This document shows, in pieces, positions 41,056 through 51,301 of a DNA stretch of 64,000 bases. Below the pieces are notes generated by a model. That model saw nothing but the letters and a program-made list of their open reading frames with translations, ran no database searches and was not told the DNA's origin. The position numbers and the translations under genes were made by a program. The stretch's first letter is position 1. Every line of letters starts with the position of its first letter. Source of the stretch: an uncultured Candidatus Saccharibacteria bacterium (GTDB taxonomy: Bacteria > Patescibacteriota > Dojkabacteria > SC72); NCBI GenBank assembly GCA_964514595.1, contig CAZEQZ010000001.1:267847-331846 (forward strand), given 5' to 3'.

Positions 41056-41463
41056 ATGAAAGATGGCTTAAGATCGTTATTGGTATACACGTTGATAATT
41101 TACTTTGTATTAAGCATTTTTGGAAAAGGTATTAGCTTACCCGAGAATCCCACCTATCTTATCTTAACGATACTTATGTTGAGCTTCACGGTTATGATAT
41201 CTTGCCCCCTATTAAGTTTTTTAACGGTTAAGTGTAAATTCCCAACATTTCTTTTAATGACAACGTTGCTTTTAATAGGAATATTCTATGTTTTAAAGCT
41301 GTTTATGATAGATTTCTATATAGATAGTTATACTTTTGAAGGTTTGGAATTGGGTACTATGCAGATAAAGAGTTTTGAAGTAGTACCTATGCTTTCTATT
41401 GTTTTGCTATCTGTTGTATGTTCATTTTTTTGTGCTATATACAGGGAATTGGATAGTAAGTAA
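41056..41463 (+). CDS. Hypothetical 4-TM membrane protein
   Basis: Hydrophobic helices only. No motifs recognised. Confidence 0.4.
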   Translation: MKDGLRSLLVYTLIIYFVLSIFGKGISLPENPTYLILTILMLSFTVMISCPLLSFLTVKCKFPTFLLMTTLLLIGIFYVLKLFMIDFYIDSYTFEGLELGTMQIKSFEVVPMLSIVLLSVVCSFFCAIYRELDSK

Positions 41464-41477
41464 ATTAATAATACATA

Positions 41478-41723
41478 GTGTATAATAGCGGTATGGATAA
41501 TTTAACAAGAACTTTGCTAATATCTCAGATAGTAGTTTGTACTATCTTGGTCGTCTCTATACTTCTTCAGAACAGAGCTGAAGGCTTAGGGAAGATGTTT
41601 GGTGGAGGGGGAGAAGTTTTTAGAACTAAAAGGGGATTGGAGAAATTCCTTTACTATTTTACAATTTTCCTAATTGCTGTATTAGTGATACTTTCTTTAG
41701 CCATACTTAAATATTCTGTTTAG
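41478..41723 (+). CDS. secG: Preprotein translocase subunit SecG
   Basis: 81 aa with two TM helices and a LLQ...GLG...GGGG...R central loop, as in SecG. Confidence 0.65.
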   Translation: MYNSGMDNLTRTLLISQIVVCTILVVSILLQNRAEGLGKMFGGGGEVFRTKRGLEKFLYYFTIFLIAVLVILSLAILKYSV

Positions 41724-41741
41724 GTTATATTCATACGATAT

Positions 41742-43523
41742 ATGAAAGATACTGTAAAAAAAGAAAGTAGATCTGAAATAAAGTCCTCGATGAAGGATGC
41801 TTTATCTTCCTTGGAATCGACGAACGGGAAAAAGGCCAAAAAGAAGAAAAAGGGCAAAGATTTTAGGGATATATTGTGGGACTATCCTATTTTTCTTAGT
41901 AAATTGTTTAAAAATTTGATTCCTTTAAGTTACATATTCCTTTTTGGAATTGTTGGTGTTGGAATATCTTTTATTTTAGAGTCAAATGTTATTGCGAGGA
42001 TACTCGATGACTCTACGACTAATGATACGTTCACAGAGGGAGCTGTTGGTGCTATCTCTACATTTAATCCTTTGTTTGTATCTGTTAATTATGTAGATAG
42101 GACTGTTCAGGAGTTAGTGTTTGATAGATTTGTGTATATAGATAAGGACGGTAATCCGCTTCCTGGAATTGCAAAGGAATGGAGTGTAAGTGAAGATAGG
42201 CTCAATTATGAATTTAAAATAGCGAATAATGTGTATTGGCATGATGGTAGTGAGCTTTCTGTAGATGATGTTATTTTCACTTTTAAAACTGCCAAAGCAC
42301 TATCTGAGGAATATGGATTTGACTCGGTAGGCATTTCACTAGTAGGTGTAGAGATTGAGAAGAAAAGTAAGAATGAAGTTGTGTTTAAATTGAAGGAACC
42401 GAATCCTACATTTTTTGAGGCAGTATCGTTATTTATTGTCCCGAAATCTCGTTTAGAGAATATAGACCTAGGACAGCTAGCTTTTGATATGTTTGCAAGA
42501 TATCCCATAGGGACAGGAAGATACAAGGTTACTAGAACTGAGCAAAATGCTGTCTATTTGACAGATAATTCTTTTGATAAATTTGAGCCTACTATTAGAA
42601 ATATTGTCTTTAAGATATTTCCTGACAAACAAAGTATGGAAATGTCTTTTAGAATAGGTGTTTTAGATGCTGTGGGGGGATGGGATTATGATTTGCTCAA
42701 ATTTACGGAGGAATACAGTAATCTTGAGAAGTATACGAAATCGGAAGAGTATAGAACTAAGCTACTGTTCTTTAATACAAGAAGAGATATGTATAAAGAG
42801 AAGGATATAAGGATAGGTTTGAACTATTTAATAGATAGAAAGAAGTTAGTAGAAGAATCTAATATACAAGGGAATATTCGATTGGGTTTGTTTCCAGAAA
42901 CTTCGTGGGTTTTCAATAATCAGTTAGAGTATTATAACTATAATCCAGAAAGGGCAGCCGAATATTTTAGTAATATTGGATTTACAAAAAATGAAGAAAG
43001 TGGATATTTTGAATCATCTAATCAAGAAATCTTATCCTTTACGATTAGCTATTTTGATAGTATCACAAATGAAAGATTGATTTCTTCATTAAAGGAGATA
43101 CTTAAGGAGGAAGGAGTAGTTCTTAAATCAGAGAAGCTTAATTACAATCAGATAACACAGGAGATTATAGCTACGAGAGATTTTGACATATTATTATACG
43201 AAATAGAAACCACTGTCGATCCAGACCAGTATAATTTGTGGCATTCTCTAAAATCCAATCATCCAGACCTTAATATATCTGGGTATAGTTATGAAAGAGT
43301 TGATATATTACTTGAGGATGCAAGAAAAACATCGGATAGGACTGTGAGAAAGCAGAAGTACGATCTATTTCAGAAGTATGTAATGGCAGATGCTCCGGTG
43401 GTGTTTTTATATAACCCAACCTTTTTCTATTTTGTAAAAAACAGTGTGGAAGGAATAGCCCTAGATGGTATTAATTACTCCTATGAGAGATTTCACAATG
43501 TTCAAAATTGGGAGCTTAAGTAA
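41742..43523 (+). CDS. ABC-transporter substrate-binding protein, family 5 (peptide/nickel type), membrane-anchored; no cognate permease or ATPase nearby
   Basis: Basic N-terminal tail plus a TM anchor, then a family-5 SBP fold (GTGRYKV motif). Length 593 aa. Confidence 0.7.
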   Translation: MKDTVKKESRSEIKSSMKDALSSLESTNGKKAKKKKKGKDFRDILWDYPIFLSKLFKNLIPLSYIFLFGIVGVGISFILESNVIARILDDSTTNDTFTEGAVGAISTFNPLFVSVNYVDRTVQELVFDRFVYIDKDGNPLPGIAKEWSVSEDRLNYEFKIANNVYWHDGSELSVDDVIFTFKTAKALSEEYGFDSVGISLVGVEIEKKSKNEVVFKLKEPNPTFFEAVSLFIVPKSRLENIDLGQLAFDMFARYPIGTGRYKVTRTEQNAVYLTDNSFDKFEPTIRNIVFKIFPDKQSMEMSFRIGVLDAVGGWDYDLLKFTEEYSNLEKYTKSEEYRTKLLFFNTRRDMYKEKDIRIGLNYLIDRKKLVEESNIQGNIRLGLFPETSWVFNNQLEYYNYNPERAAEYFSNIGFTKNEESGYFESSNQEILSFTISYFDSITNERLISSLKEILKEEGVVLKSEKLNYNQITQEIIATRDFDILLYEIETTVDPDQYNLWHSLKSNHPDLNISGYSYERVDILLEDARKTSDRTVRKQKYDLFQKYVMADAPVVFLYNPTFFYFVKNSVEGIALDGINYSYERFHNVQNWELK

Positions 43524-43526
43524 CCT

Positions 43527-43610
43527 TGCCAAGAGGGGGAGTTGAACCCCCACCCTATCACTAGGACTACGTTCTGAACGTAGCGTGTCTGCCAGTTTCA
43601 CCATCTTGGC
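43527..43610 (-). tRNA. tRNA-Leu (anticodon CAG)
   Basis: Acceptor stem GCCAAGA/TCTTGGC, anticodon loop TT-CAG-AA, a long variable arm, and T-arm GGTTCAACTCC. CCA is not encoded. Confidence 0.8.
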
Positions 43611-43633
43611 TCCACGCATATTCTATCACGAAA

Positions 43634-44776
43634 CTAATCTTTTGAGGTCACAGTTACTTTAATATTTTCTTTTTCTTCCCCCTTCTCATCATCAGGATCA
43701 AACATCTTGAAATCCTTAAGAAAATCTATTTTAGTGACGATGCGCTCTTCCTTCTTCTTTTCTTCTTTTATAGGCTTTTTTTCTTCCTTCTTAGGTTCTG
43801 ATTGAGACAGCTTTTCTTTTAATGTTATATCTTTATTACTTTTCCCATTCTCAGAAATCTTTTTTTCTAAGAATTTAATTTTCTTCTCTTCTAAATTATT
43901 TTTAAACAAGGAGAACAGCAAAAATGAAAGAACAAAACCTAATGTGAAGGTGGCAATTATCAGTATGACTAAATCCATGTTGTTAGATATAATTGAATTA
44001 ATATCTGAAAAGGCTATATCCTTAAATTTAAAATGAATATCTTTTTTGCCATTACTAAATAGGATATTTTGTGATTGACCCAATTCGAATGTGACAGATT
44101 CTGCTAAATTACTTGCATACCCATATCTCCTTGTATACCCAGTAAAAGTTATGAGCCCCTCAGAAAGTTCGTCCTTACTGATTTTGAATTCCCAATTACC
44201 ATCTCCATCTATAATATCTTCTTTGGTAAATATCTTTCTGCTTGTTGAGAGAATTAGCATAATTTCTGAATTTGAAAGTCCCGTTCCAGAAATGATTAAA
44301 AATTCCTCTTCCACAGAGGGGGAATTAATAATAGGTGGTCTTGGTATCACAACGATATCCTTCTCTAGTATTTGAGTAGCTCCATATTTATCTACAAATT
44401 TAAATCTTAGTTCATGTTTTCCTATACTTAGAGCGGGGAGGGAATATGGGCTCGTTATATCTTGAAAACTTTTCCCATCTATTTCCAACTGAACACCTTT
44501 CCTCTCTTCTGAAGGGTCAATAAATGTAATTATGTGGCTAGGATTATCTGTAATTTCTGGGATATTCAAAAGTAATTGGTTCAGGAAGTCCCCTTCTCTT
44601 TCAGCTTCCTTCTGATCTAGTTCCTCTATATTACTATTCCCTTCAGTATCTCCCAAAATGTCTGAGGTGGAAAGTTGTTGTGCTGAGATAAAAGAAAGAG
44701 TTGTTAAAAGAAAAAAGAGAGCAAATAAAGCTTTGGTAGATATTTTCATTGTTGGACAGTTAAACTTATTTAACAT
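43634..44776 (-). CDS. Hypothetical surface protein with a signal peptide, beta-rich ectodomain, one TM and a Lys/Glu-rich cytoplasmic tail
   Basis: Signal/TM near the N-terminus (ALFALFFLLTTLSFISA), TM LVILIIATFTLGFVLSFLLFSLF, then a charged tail with KEEKK repeats. Confidence 0.5.
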   Translation of the reverse strand: MLNKFNCPTMKISTKALFALFFLLTTLSFISAQQLSTSDILGDTEGNSNIEELDQKEAEREGDFLNQLLLNIPEITDNPSHIITFIDPSEERKGVQLEIDGKSFQDITSPYSLPALSIGKHELRFKFVDKYGATQILEKDIVVIPRPPIINSPSVEEEFLIISGTGLSNSEIMLILSTSRKIFTKEDIIDGDGNWEFKISKDELSEGLITFTGYTRRYGYASNLAESVTFELGQSQNILFSNGKKDIHFKFKDIAFSDINSIISNNMDLVILIIATFTLGFVLSFLLFSLFKNNLEEKKIKFLEKKISENGKSNKDITLKEKLSQSEPKKEEKKPIKEEKKKEERIVTKIDFLKDFKMFDPDDEKGEEKENIKVTVTSKD

Positions 44777-44781
44777 ACTAT

Positions 44782-45270
44782 CTATTCTATTCTATCAATG
44801 AAAAGAATTCCATCCAAGTGATCTAGTTCATGTTGTATTGATACAGCATTTAAATCTTTATACTTTCCTGATTTATAATTCCCATCCTTATCTTGATATT
44901 TAATCTTTATCTTTTGGTAACGCATAACATCTTCTTCTTTTCCAGGGACACTAAGACAACCCTCTCTTGTTACTGTTTTTGTATAGCCTAATGGAGTTAT
45001 CTCAGGATTAATGAATAGTTGCCATTTATCAGTATCATAGTTAAGAGTGTAGAAAATTCTTTTATTAACACCAACCTGAGGAGCAGCAATTCCTCCAGCA
45101 GGGACATTTCCTTGCTCTTCGCTATGTTGTGCAGTGAAGAGAAGATCTTCTAAAAATTGTTGGAAAGATTTAAGCTTAAATTCATCATTTTTTACAGGAA
45201 GACTCTTTTGTCTAAGAAAATCCTCCTCTTTCTTATCTTCTATTGTATATATTTTTAATTGTTTTGCCAT
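44782..45270 (-). CDS. def: Peptide deformylase
   Basis: GIAAPQVG, EGCLSVPG and HELDHLDG, the three PDF motifs. Confidence 0.9.
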   Translation of the reverse strand: MAKQLKIYTIEDKKEEDFLRQKSLPVKNDEFKLKSFQQFLEDLLFTAQHSEEQGNVPAGGIAAPQVGVNKRIFYTLNYDTDKWQLFINPEITPLGYTKTVTREGCLSVPGKEEDVMRYQKIKIKYQDKDGNYKSGKYKDLNAVSIQHELDHLDGILFIDRIE

Positions 45271-45353
45271 CGTAAAAAGTATATCATATTTTAATTTTGT
45301 AATGATTTTGTAAAAAAATATATTTACAATACTAAAGCAGGCTTAAATATTAC

Positions 45354-46634
45354 GTGGAGAGAATGACTCCCGAAAATGATGAAGATCAGTACTTAAATGA
45401 ACTGAAATGCTGTCTGATAAAGAGTTTGTGTGAAATATTAATATACACATTTGTGCCTTTTTTCCTTCTCTATTTTTTGAGATATCTATATTTAGGAACA
45501 GAGTACTCTTTTTTAATAAGCGTAGGGATATTAGCGGCAATATTAATTTTAGTGTATGTGAGATGTTTTCTGTCTAATAGAAATCTTCTCATAGGTTCTT
45601 TTGTTTTAGTTTTAATTTTTTTCTTTTTAGCACTCTTTTTTCTTATTACCAGAACTTTATTTTTAGAATTATCGTTAATTGCTTTTCTCCTAGCCTTTGT
45701 CACATCACTGTTTCTGTTGAGCGAAGGGGTTGCATTTATACTGTTTTCTATATTCTTTGTCCTATTTACTTTATATGTTACTTTAGAACCAAATCAGTTA
45801 TTAGATATTATTGATTATGAATCTGAATTATGTCTTCAATTAAAAACATATTGGATGTTTCTATTATTAATGTATTTGATTTATAAAGGAACAGTAATCA
45901 TGAAGCAGTGTTACCATGTACATATTTCTGCCACACAAAAATACAAATCATTAGCATTAATAGAATACGAGCACAGATTATTAGGCAAGGTATCCAAATG
46001 TATTCTCCACGATATTGCGACACCACTTAGTGTCATTGGGGGAAGTATAAAATTGTTAAGTGCAAAAAATCAAACCAAAAAAGAGAAAGAGAGCATTAAG
46101 AGTTCTGCCTATAATTCTCTTAATTATTTAGAATCAATTCTAGATAATTCTCTTAATCTTCTAAGAGATAATCGTAGGATTGATGTATTTAATCCAGATT
46201 TAGTTATTAAGGAAATGTTAAGAATGGTTGATATTAGAATAAAGAAATCTAATATATTTATTATGAAATCGTTATTAGCAGATTGCAAAATAAATGGGAA
46301 TAAAGCTTCTTTCTCTAGAGTTTTTCTTAACGTAATAATTAATTCCATAGAGGAACTGGAAAACTTATCTAATATAAAGAAAATGATAACTCTAGAGTCC
46401 TGCGTCTCTCAAAATAACTATGTATTAAAAATAGTTGATAGTGGAAATGGAATTAAGGATGGTATTGTTGAAAACCTGTCAAGAGGACACATCTCTACAA
46501 AGGATGGTTGTCATTCAGGCTTAGGTTTGTATTTTGTTTTCACTACGATTGAAGAAGAATTTAATGGGGAAGTAAAAATAATAAGTAAGAAGAATCGTTA
46601 TACGAAAGTTATACTTTCTATCCCGTTAGGATGA
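45354..46634 (+). CDS. Sensor histidine kinase with a multi-TM N-terminal sensing domain
   Basis: About 6 TM helices, H-box HDIATPLSVI, and HATPase_c N/G boxes (VDSGNGI, GLGLYF). TGA stop at 46632-46634. Confidence 0.85.
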   Translation: MERMTPENDEDQYLNELKCCLIKSLCEILIYTFVPFFLLYFLRYLYLGTEYSFLISVGILAAILILVYVRCFLSNRNLLIGSFVLVLIFFFLALFFLITRTLFLELSLIAFLLAFVTSLFLLSEGVAFILFSIFFVLFTLYVTLEPNQLLDIIDYESELCLQLKTYWMFLLLMYLIYKGTVIMKQCYHVHISATQKYKSLALIEYEHRLLGKVSKCILHDIATPLSVIGGSIKLLSAKNQTKKEKESIKSSAYNSLNYLESILDNSLNLLRDNRRIDVFNPDLVIKEMLRMVDIRIKKSNIFIMKSLLADCKINGNKASFSRVFLNVIINSIEELENLSNIKKMITLESCVSQNNYVLKIVDSGNGIKDGIVENLSRGHISTKDGCHSGLGLYFVFTTIEEEFNGEVKIISKKNRYTKVILSIPLG

Positions 46635-47333
46635 TTTTGTAGTAATATTATTTAAATACTTTGGGTTTATGCTATATCCACTTTTATTAATTGTTTTAAT
46701 TATTGAATCTGTTGGTTTCTCTTCGAGCTTTTTTCTAATCCTACTAATCATAGTATCTACACAACTCTCATTTTGTTCCCGATAATAATTCATTAAGGTA
46801 GCGATTATTTTCTCCCTTGAGAAGATCTCTCCATTTGAATTAAAAAGCATTAATAAAAAATCAAACTCTGTTTTAGTAAAGTATACCTTTTTATTTTCCT
46901 TCCTAAATATATTCTTACTTATATCTATATAAATATTTTGGCTTTTAATAATCCTATGTGTATCTGCCTCCTTTAGTAATGTAGAGATTTGAGCAAGTAA
47001 TATTTCAAATTTAATAGGCTTACTATGAAAAATATTTGCTTTGAATTGGAAAGTGGCTAATTCTGTATTGTTAGTATTATCTCCAGTTATAACTATAATA
47101 GGTTTATTATTAACCTTTCTTATTTCACTAACTATTTGTAATCCAGTTATATCTGGAAGGCCAATATCAACAATAATAAGTTGGTATTTGTTGGATAATG
47201 CCATTTTTAATCCCTTGTGTCCTTCATATACGTATTCAACGTAGTAACCGTTAGAAAGAAGGAATTTGCTTAAGATCATTGCCAAATTAGCATCATCTTC
47301 AATTAGAAGTATTCTATGCTTTGATCTTTTCAT
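46626..47333 (-). CDS. OmpR-family response regulator
   Basis: Receiver domain with DD, a phospho-acceptor D in LIIVDIGLPD and a K. C-terminal winged-helix domain. Confidence 0.88.
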   Translation of the reverse strand: MKRSKHRILLIEDDANLAMILSKFLLSNGYYVEYVYEGHKGLKMALSNKYQLIIVDIGLPDITGLQIVSEIRKVNNKPIIVITGDNTNNTELATFQFKANIFHSKPIKFEILLAQISTLLKEADTHRIIKSQNIYIDISKNIFRKENKKVYFTKTEFDFLLMLFNSNGEIFSREKIIATLMNYYREQNESCVDTMISRIRKKLEEKPTDSIIKTINKSGYSINPKYLNNITTKSS

Positions 47334-47400
47334 ATGATAAATATATATTAAAAATCTTACTAAAACATTACAATTGAAAAAGAATAGTTATTAAAGTATT

Positions 47401-48078
47401 ATGGAAACTGTGTCTAAATATATAGAAATAAAAAACTTAGAAAGGGTATATAAACCCGGAAAGCAAATAGAAGTGGAGGCTTTAAGGGGCTTAAACTTTG
47501 ATGTGGAGAAAGGTGAGTTAATATCATTAGTGGGAAGCTCTGGTTCTGGTAAGTCCACATTCCTGAATATATTGGGAGGTTTAGATTGGAGTTACAAGGG
47601 TGAAGTTATAGTAGACGGAAAGGATATGAGAGAGTACAATCCAGACTTTTACAGACGATTTATAGTTGGAACAGTATTTCAGCAATTTCATCTAGTTCCC
47701 TCGTTAAATGTTGAAGAAAATATTCTTCTTCCTACTAGATTTAAAAGGAGGGTGAGTAAAGAAGAGTTAAATAGAAGATTAAACTATATATTAGAAGCAA
47801 CTGGGCTTGAAGATAGAAGAAATCATTATCCCAATGAGCTCTCAGGGGGGCAAGCTCAGAGAGTTGCGATAGCTAGGGCTATCATAGATAGTCCAAAGAT
47901 TGTATTAGCAGACGAACCAACAGGGAATCTGGACAGTAAAACGGGAGAGGCCATATTAAGTCTCTTAAGAGAGCTTAATAAGAAAGAAAACATTACTACA
48001 ATAATAGTGACACATGATAAAAATATTTCGCAAAAAACAGACAGAAGTATAACTTTAGTAGATGGAAAGAATGTTTAG
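47401..48078 (+). CDS. ABC transporter ATP-binding protein (MacB/LolD/FtsE-like)
   Basis: Walker A GSSGSGKST, signature LSGGQAQR and Walker B VLADEPTGNLD. Confidence 0.9.
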   Translation: METVSKYIEIKNLERVYKPGKQIEVEALRGLNFDVEKGELISLVGSSGSGKSTFLNILGGLDWSYKGEVIVDGKDMREYNPDFYRRFIVGTVFQQFHLVPSLNVEENILLPTRFKRRVSKEELNRRLNYILEATGLEDRRNHYPNELSGGQAQRVAIARAIIDSPKIVLADEPTGNLDSKTGEAILSLLRELNKKENITTIIVTHDKNISQKTDRSITLVDGKNV

Positions 48079-49351
48079 GTATGCAATCCAATTAACATTA
48101 AGGAGAAAACTCAGAACATTTCTGACTAGCTTAGGAATAATGATAGCTGTAATGTTAATGACGTTCATCCTTTTTGGAATGTCTGATCTAAAAACGGCGG
48201 TTATTGGAGAATTCAGTGATAGATTCTCTCCACAGGATCTGTATGTTTCAGGTAGAGATATGCTTATGTTTGGAGGTATGAGAACTGCCCCAACTAAAGA
48301 AGATAGCGAAAAAGGTGAAGTAATATTGACGCAAGAGATAAAAGAAAGAATAGAAGATTTAGAAGGAGTACAATCTGTTGATCCTATATTTAATATAACC
48401 AATATAGATGTTTATTTGGATGGTGATAGTATCCCCTACCCCATGAAATTTGTTGGAGGATCTGATTTACCAGGTAATCACCAAATGTATAATGGATTCT
48501 ATGGGGAAGATGACAGACTTAATGATGGAGAAATTTTTGTCAGTGATTTTGTTGTAAGTTTTTTTGAAACAACTAAAGAGGAAATAATTGGGAAAAAGAT
48601 GATAATAAAAAGTTCTTCTAGTGGATTACTGTTTACTGTAGCTACAAAGAGTATGATAGATAAACAATTCGAATTCACTGTAAAAGGGGTTACCCAGTCT
48701 GGGAATGATGCATTCTTTGTTAACAATAATGAAGCTTTGATGATATTAGTTGATTTAGGAGGATTTGAGAATGGAGAAGAATATATTCAGACTATCGGGT
48801 TTGATCAGTTTCTTGTTACTACAAGAGAAGAAGAAACAGCAAATGTGGAAAGATACTTGGTGGATGAGCTGTCTCTTTCTGTTATTTCAACAGAGACCTT
48901 ATTAAGCTTTCTTGATACTTTAACTTCAGGTCTTACAATTGCTTTAGTTATATTTGGCTCGATATCAGCACTAGTTGCATCGATAGGGATAATAAACACA
49001 ATGGTAATGAGTATCTATGAACAAACTAAGGAGATAGGAATAATCAAAGCTATGGGAGCTTCAAATACACAAGTTTTACTTATCTTCTTAATACAATCCG
49101 GAATAATCGGCTTTATAGGAGGATTTTTAGGTCTTCTTGTTACCTACCTTGTGATGAGGATAGCGGATCCATTCGTAGTTAACATACTAAAAGAGCAAGG
49201 ATTCTCATCTCTTAATACATTCTTTAATTTCCAACCACTAAACGCTTTATACATTACCATTGGAAGTATAGTTGTAGGGATAATTGCCGGGATATATCCT
49301 GCGAGAAAAGCGTCGAATATAGATCCAATACAAGCATTGAGATACGATTAG
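48062..49351 (+). CDS. ABC transporter permease, FtsX/MacB family, with a large extracytoplasmic domain
   Basis: TM1, a roughly 230-aa periplasmic MacB-like domain, then 3 C-terminal TMs of the FtsX fold. The reading frame overlaps the ATPase gene, which points to translational coupling. Confidence 0.85.
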   Translation: MERMFRYAIQLTLRRKLRTFLTSLGIMIAVMLMTFILFGMSDLKTAVIGEFSDRFSPQDLYVSGRDMLMFGGMRTAPTKEDSEKGEVILTQEIKERIEDLEGVQSVDPIFNITNIDVYLDGDSIPYPMKFVGGSDLPGNHQMYNGFYGEDDRLNDGEIFVSDFVVSFFETTKEEIIGKKMIIKSSSSGLLFTVATKSMIDKQFEFTVKGVTQSGNDAFFVNNNEALMILVDLGGFENGEEYIQTIGFDQFLVTTREEETANVERYLVDELSLSVISTETLLSFLDTLTSGLTIALVIFGSISALVASIGIINTMVMSIYEQTKEIGIIKAMGASNTQVLLIFLIQSGIIGFIGGFLGLLVTYLVMRIADPFVVNILKEQGFSSLNTFFNFQPLNALYITIGSIVVGIIAGIYPARKASNIDPIQALRYD

Positions 49352-49477
49352 TTATTCTTCCTCTTCTTCCTTTCTTTCAGTAGGATTACCATCATTTTCA
49401 GGTAGAATGACTGCCATAAGAAGAAGTATAACAATCACTGTAACAAAAACACCTATTGTTATTAAAAACCCCATATT

Positions 49478-51250
49478 TTAGAAGTTAAAAAATTTCCTTA
49501 GGCTAAATCCTGTAGATATACCAAGAACGCTTCTTCCCTTTTTAATAACATTATTAAAGGGATTGCCTTTGTATACTACGTTTCTATCAATAATTATTTG
49601 ATCGTGACTAGAAGATCCGTCTTTGAAAAAAGAACTTACTCTTATAAATTGTTGAACCCCACTAAGCAAAGTCCCTTCAATAGTATATTCATCTTCCTGT
49701 TTGGTTGTTGTATATATGGGCTCGTTATTTAGATACACAACTGTTCTTTCCAAACCAGAGTTCTCCGTTATTGGATCCAATGAAAACTTAATAGATATGC
49801 TTTCCTCCATACTTATTGAAGTTCTTCCTTTGTTATCTTTTTTAGGTTCGATGATAGTAGTTCTCTGTTTGTCAAAACCTTTCTTGGGAGGTTGTGTGGA
49901 TACAGGATCTTTGATCTCAGAATCCCCTTCAAGAGGATCTTGTATACTCTGGTCTGGAGTATTCTCTTCTACATTCTCTTCGGGTTTTAGCTTCTCTACT
50001 GCTGCAACAAGATCAACTAAACCGTAGCCAAATATGATATCTTGTCCTTGTTCTCCTAGATCCACTGCAGTTTCTCTCAATACATTTCTTAACTCATCAG
50101 AAGTACAGGTACTACAGAAGCTTCTCACTATAGCTAGACTCCCAGCGACATGAGGAGAAGCCATACTAGTACCACTAAGATATCTATAGGTATTGTTTAA
50201 GTAGGTTGAATAATTGGAAACCCCTGGTGCTGCTAGTTCACCCCCAATATTACTAAAACTTGCGAGTTTGTTACTACTATCAGTTGCAACTACACATATA
50301 ACTGCTCCATAGGCTGCTGGATAGTTGCAGGGAGCTCCCGAGGAGTTACCTGCTGCACCCACTAGTAGCACTCCCTTGCTCGCTGCATAATTAATAGCAT
50401 TTCTTAATACGTCAGTATCAGTTGTTGTACCTAAACTAATATTAATGATTTGAGCTCCATTATCAGTAGCCCAATATACTCCCTTAGCTACATCTGAGAC
50501 ATAGCCAGAACCGGTGGAATTAAGAACTTTTATAGGCATCAATCTAGAAGAATAACTAGACCCGACAATTCCCACTTGGTTACTAAGCGCCGCTATGATA
50601 CCAGCGACATGAGTCCCATGCCCATTATCATCATTTGCTATATCTCGATTATTGACAAAGTCATACCCAGAAACTATATTTTGGGACAGATCTGTATGAT
50701 CTAGCTGAATACCGGTATCAATTACTGCTACTGTAACACCAACGCCATTTGAGCTTTCCCATATTTTATCAGCACCTATCCTGGTTACACCCCAATCTAC
50801 TGTGTCAGCAGAAATGGCTACTGGAACATCAGTTTCTATTGAATTTACAGATTTGTCTTTAGTTAACCCCTCTACATTACTCTGATCGGTAATGAGGACA
50901 GAATATATCCCACTTGTTGGCTTGTCGTTAGTAAATTTAATCCCATATTCCTCCTCTATCTCAATCTTTTGAGATTCAGTTAAATCTGTTTGAAATTTAA
51001 CAACTTTCCTCCTTTCATCTAATTTGATCTCCCCTTGTTTCTCAGGATTAATACTGGTTTCATCCTGTACAGCCAGCTCTTGATAATCTGACTTTAACTC
51101 ATTGCTATAGTCCGAAATATATTTAGAAAGTAGAGGGTAGTTGTTGGTAAATTCAGAAGTGTCTTGGGAGAAAAGAAGAATGAATGCTGATAGCAAAACA
51201 ACGGCGAAGGAAATGATTGCTATCCCAAGAAATGTATATCTACTTCTCAT
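49478..51250 (-). CDS. Secreted subtilisin-like serine protease (peptidase S8)
   Basis: Signal/TM anchor. Catalytic triad contexts DTGI, HGTHVAG and GTSMASPHVAG. A C-terminal extension of about 150 aa follows. Confidence 0.88.
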   Translation of the reverse strand: MRSRYTFLGIAIISFAVVLLSAFILLFSQDTSEFTNNYPLLSKYISDYSNELKSDYQELAVQDETSINPEKQGEIKLDERRKVVKFQTDLTESQKIEIEEEYGIKFTNDKPTSGIYSVLITDQSNVEGLTKDKSVNSIETDVPVAISADTVDWGVTRIGADKIWESSNGVGVTVAVIDTGIQLDHTDLSQNIVSGYDFVNNRDIANDDNGHGTHVAGIIAALSNQVGIVGSSYSSRLMPIKVLNSTGSGYVSDVAKGVYWATDNGAQIINISLGTTTDTDVLRNAINYAASKGVLLVGAAGNSSGAPCNYPAAYGAVICVVATDSSNKLASFSNIGGELAAPGVSNYSTYLNNTYRYLSGTSMASPHVAGSLAIVRSFCSTCTSDELRNVLRETAVDLGEQGQDIIFGYGLVDLVAAVEKLKPEENVEENTPDQSIQDPLEGDSEIKDPVSTQPPKKGFDKQRTTIIEPKKDNKGRTSISMEESISIKFSLDPITENSGLERTVVYLNNEPIYTTTKQEDEYTIEGTLLSGVQQFIRVSSFFKDGSSSHDQIIIDRNVVYKGNPFNNVIKKGRSVLGISTGFSLRKFFNF

Positions 51251-51301
51251 TTTTTTGAAGTATTAACTTATACTAAATTTAATCAAATAGTATATGACAA
51301 G

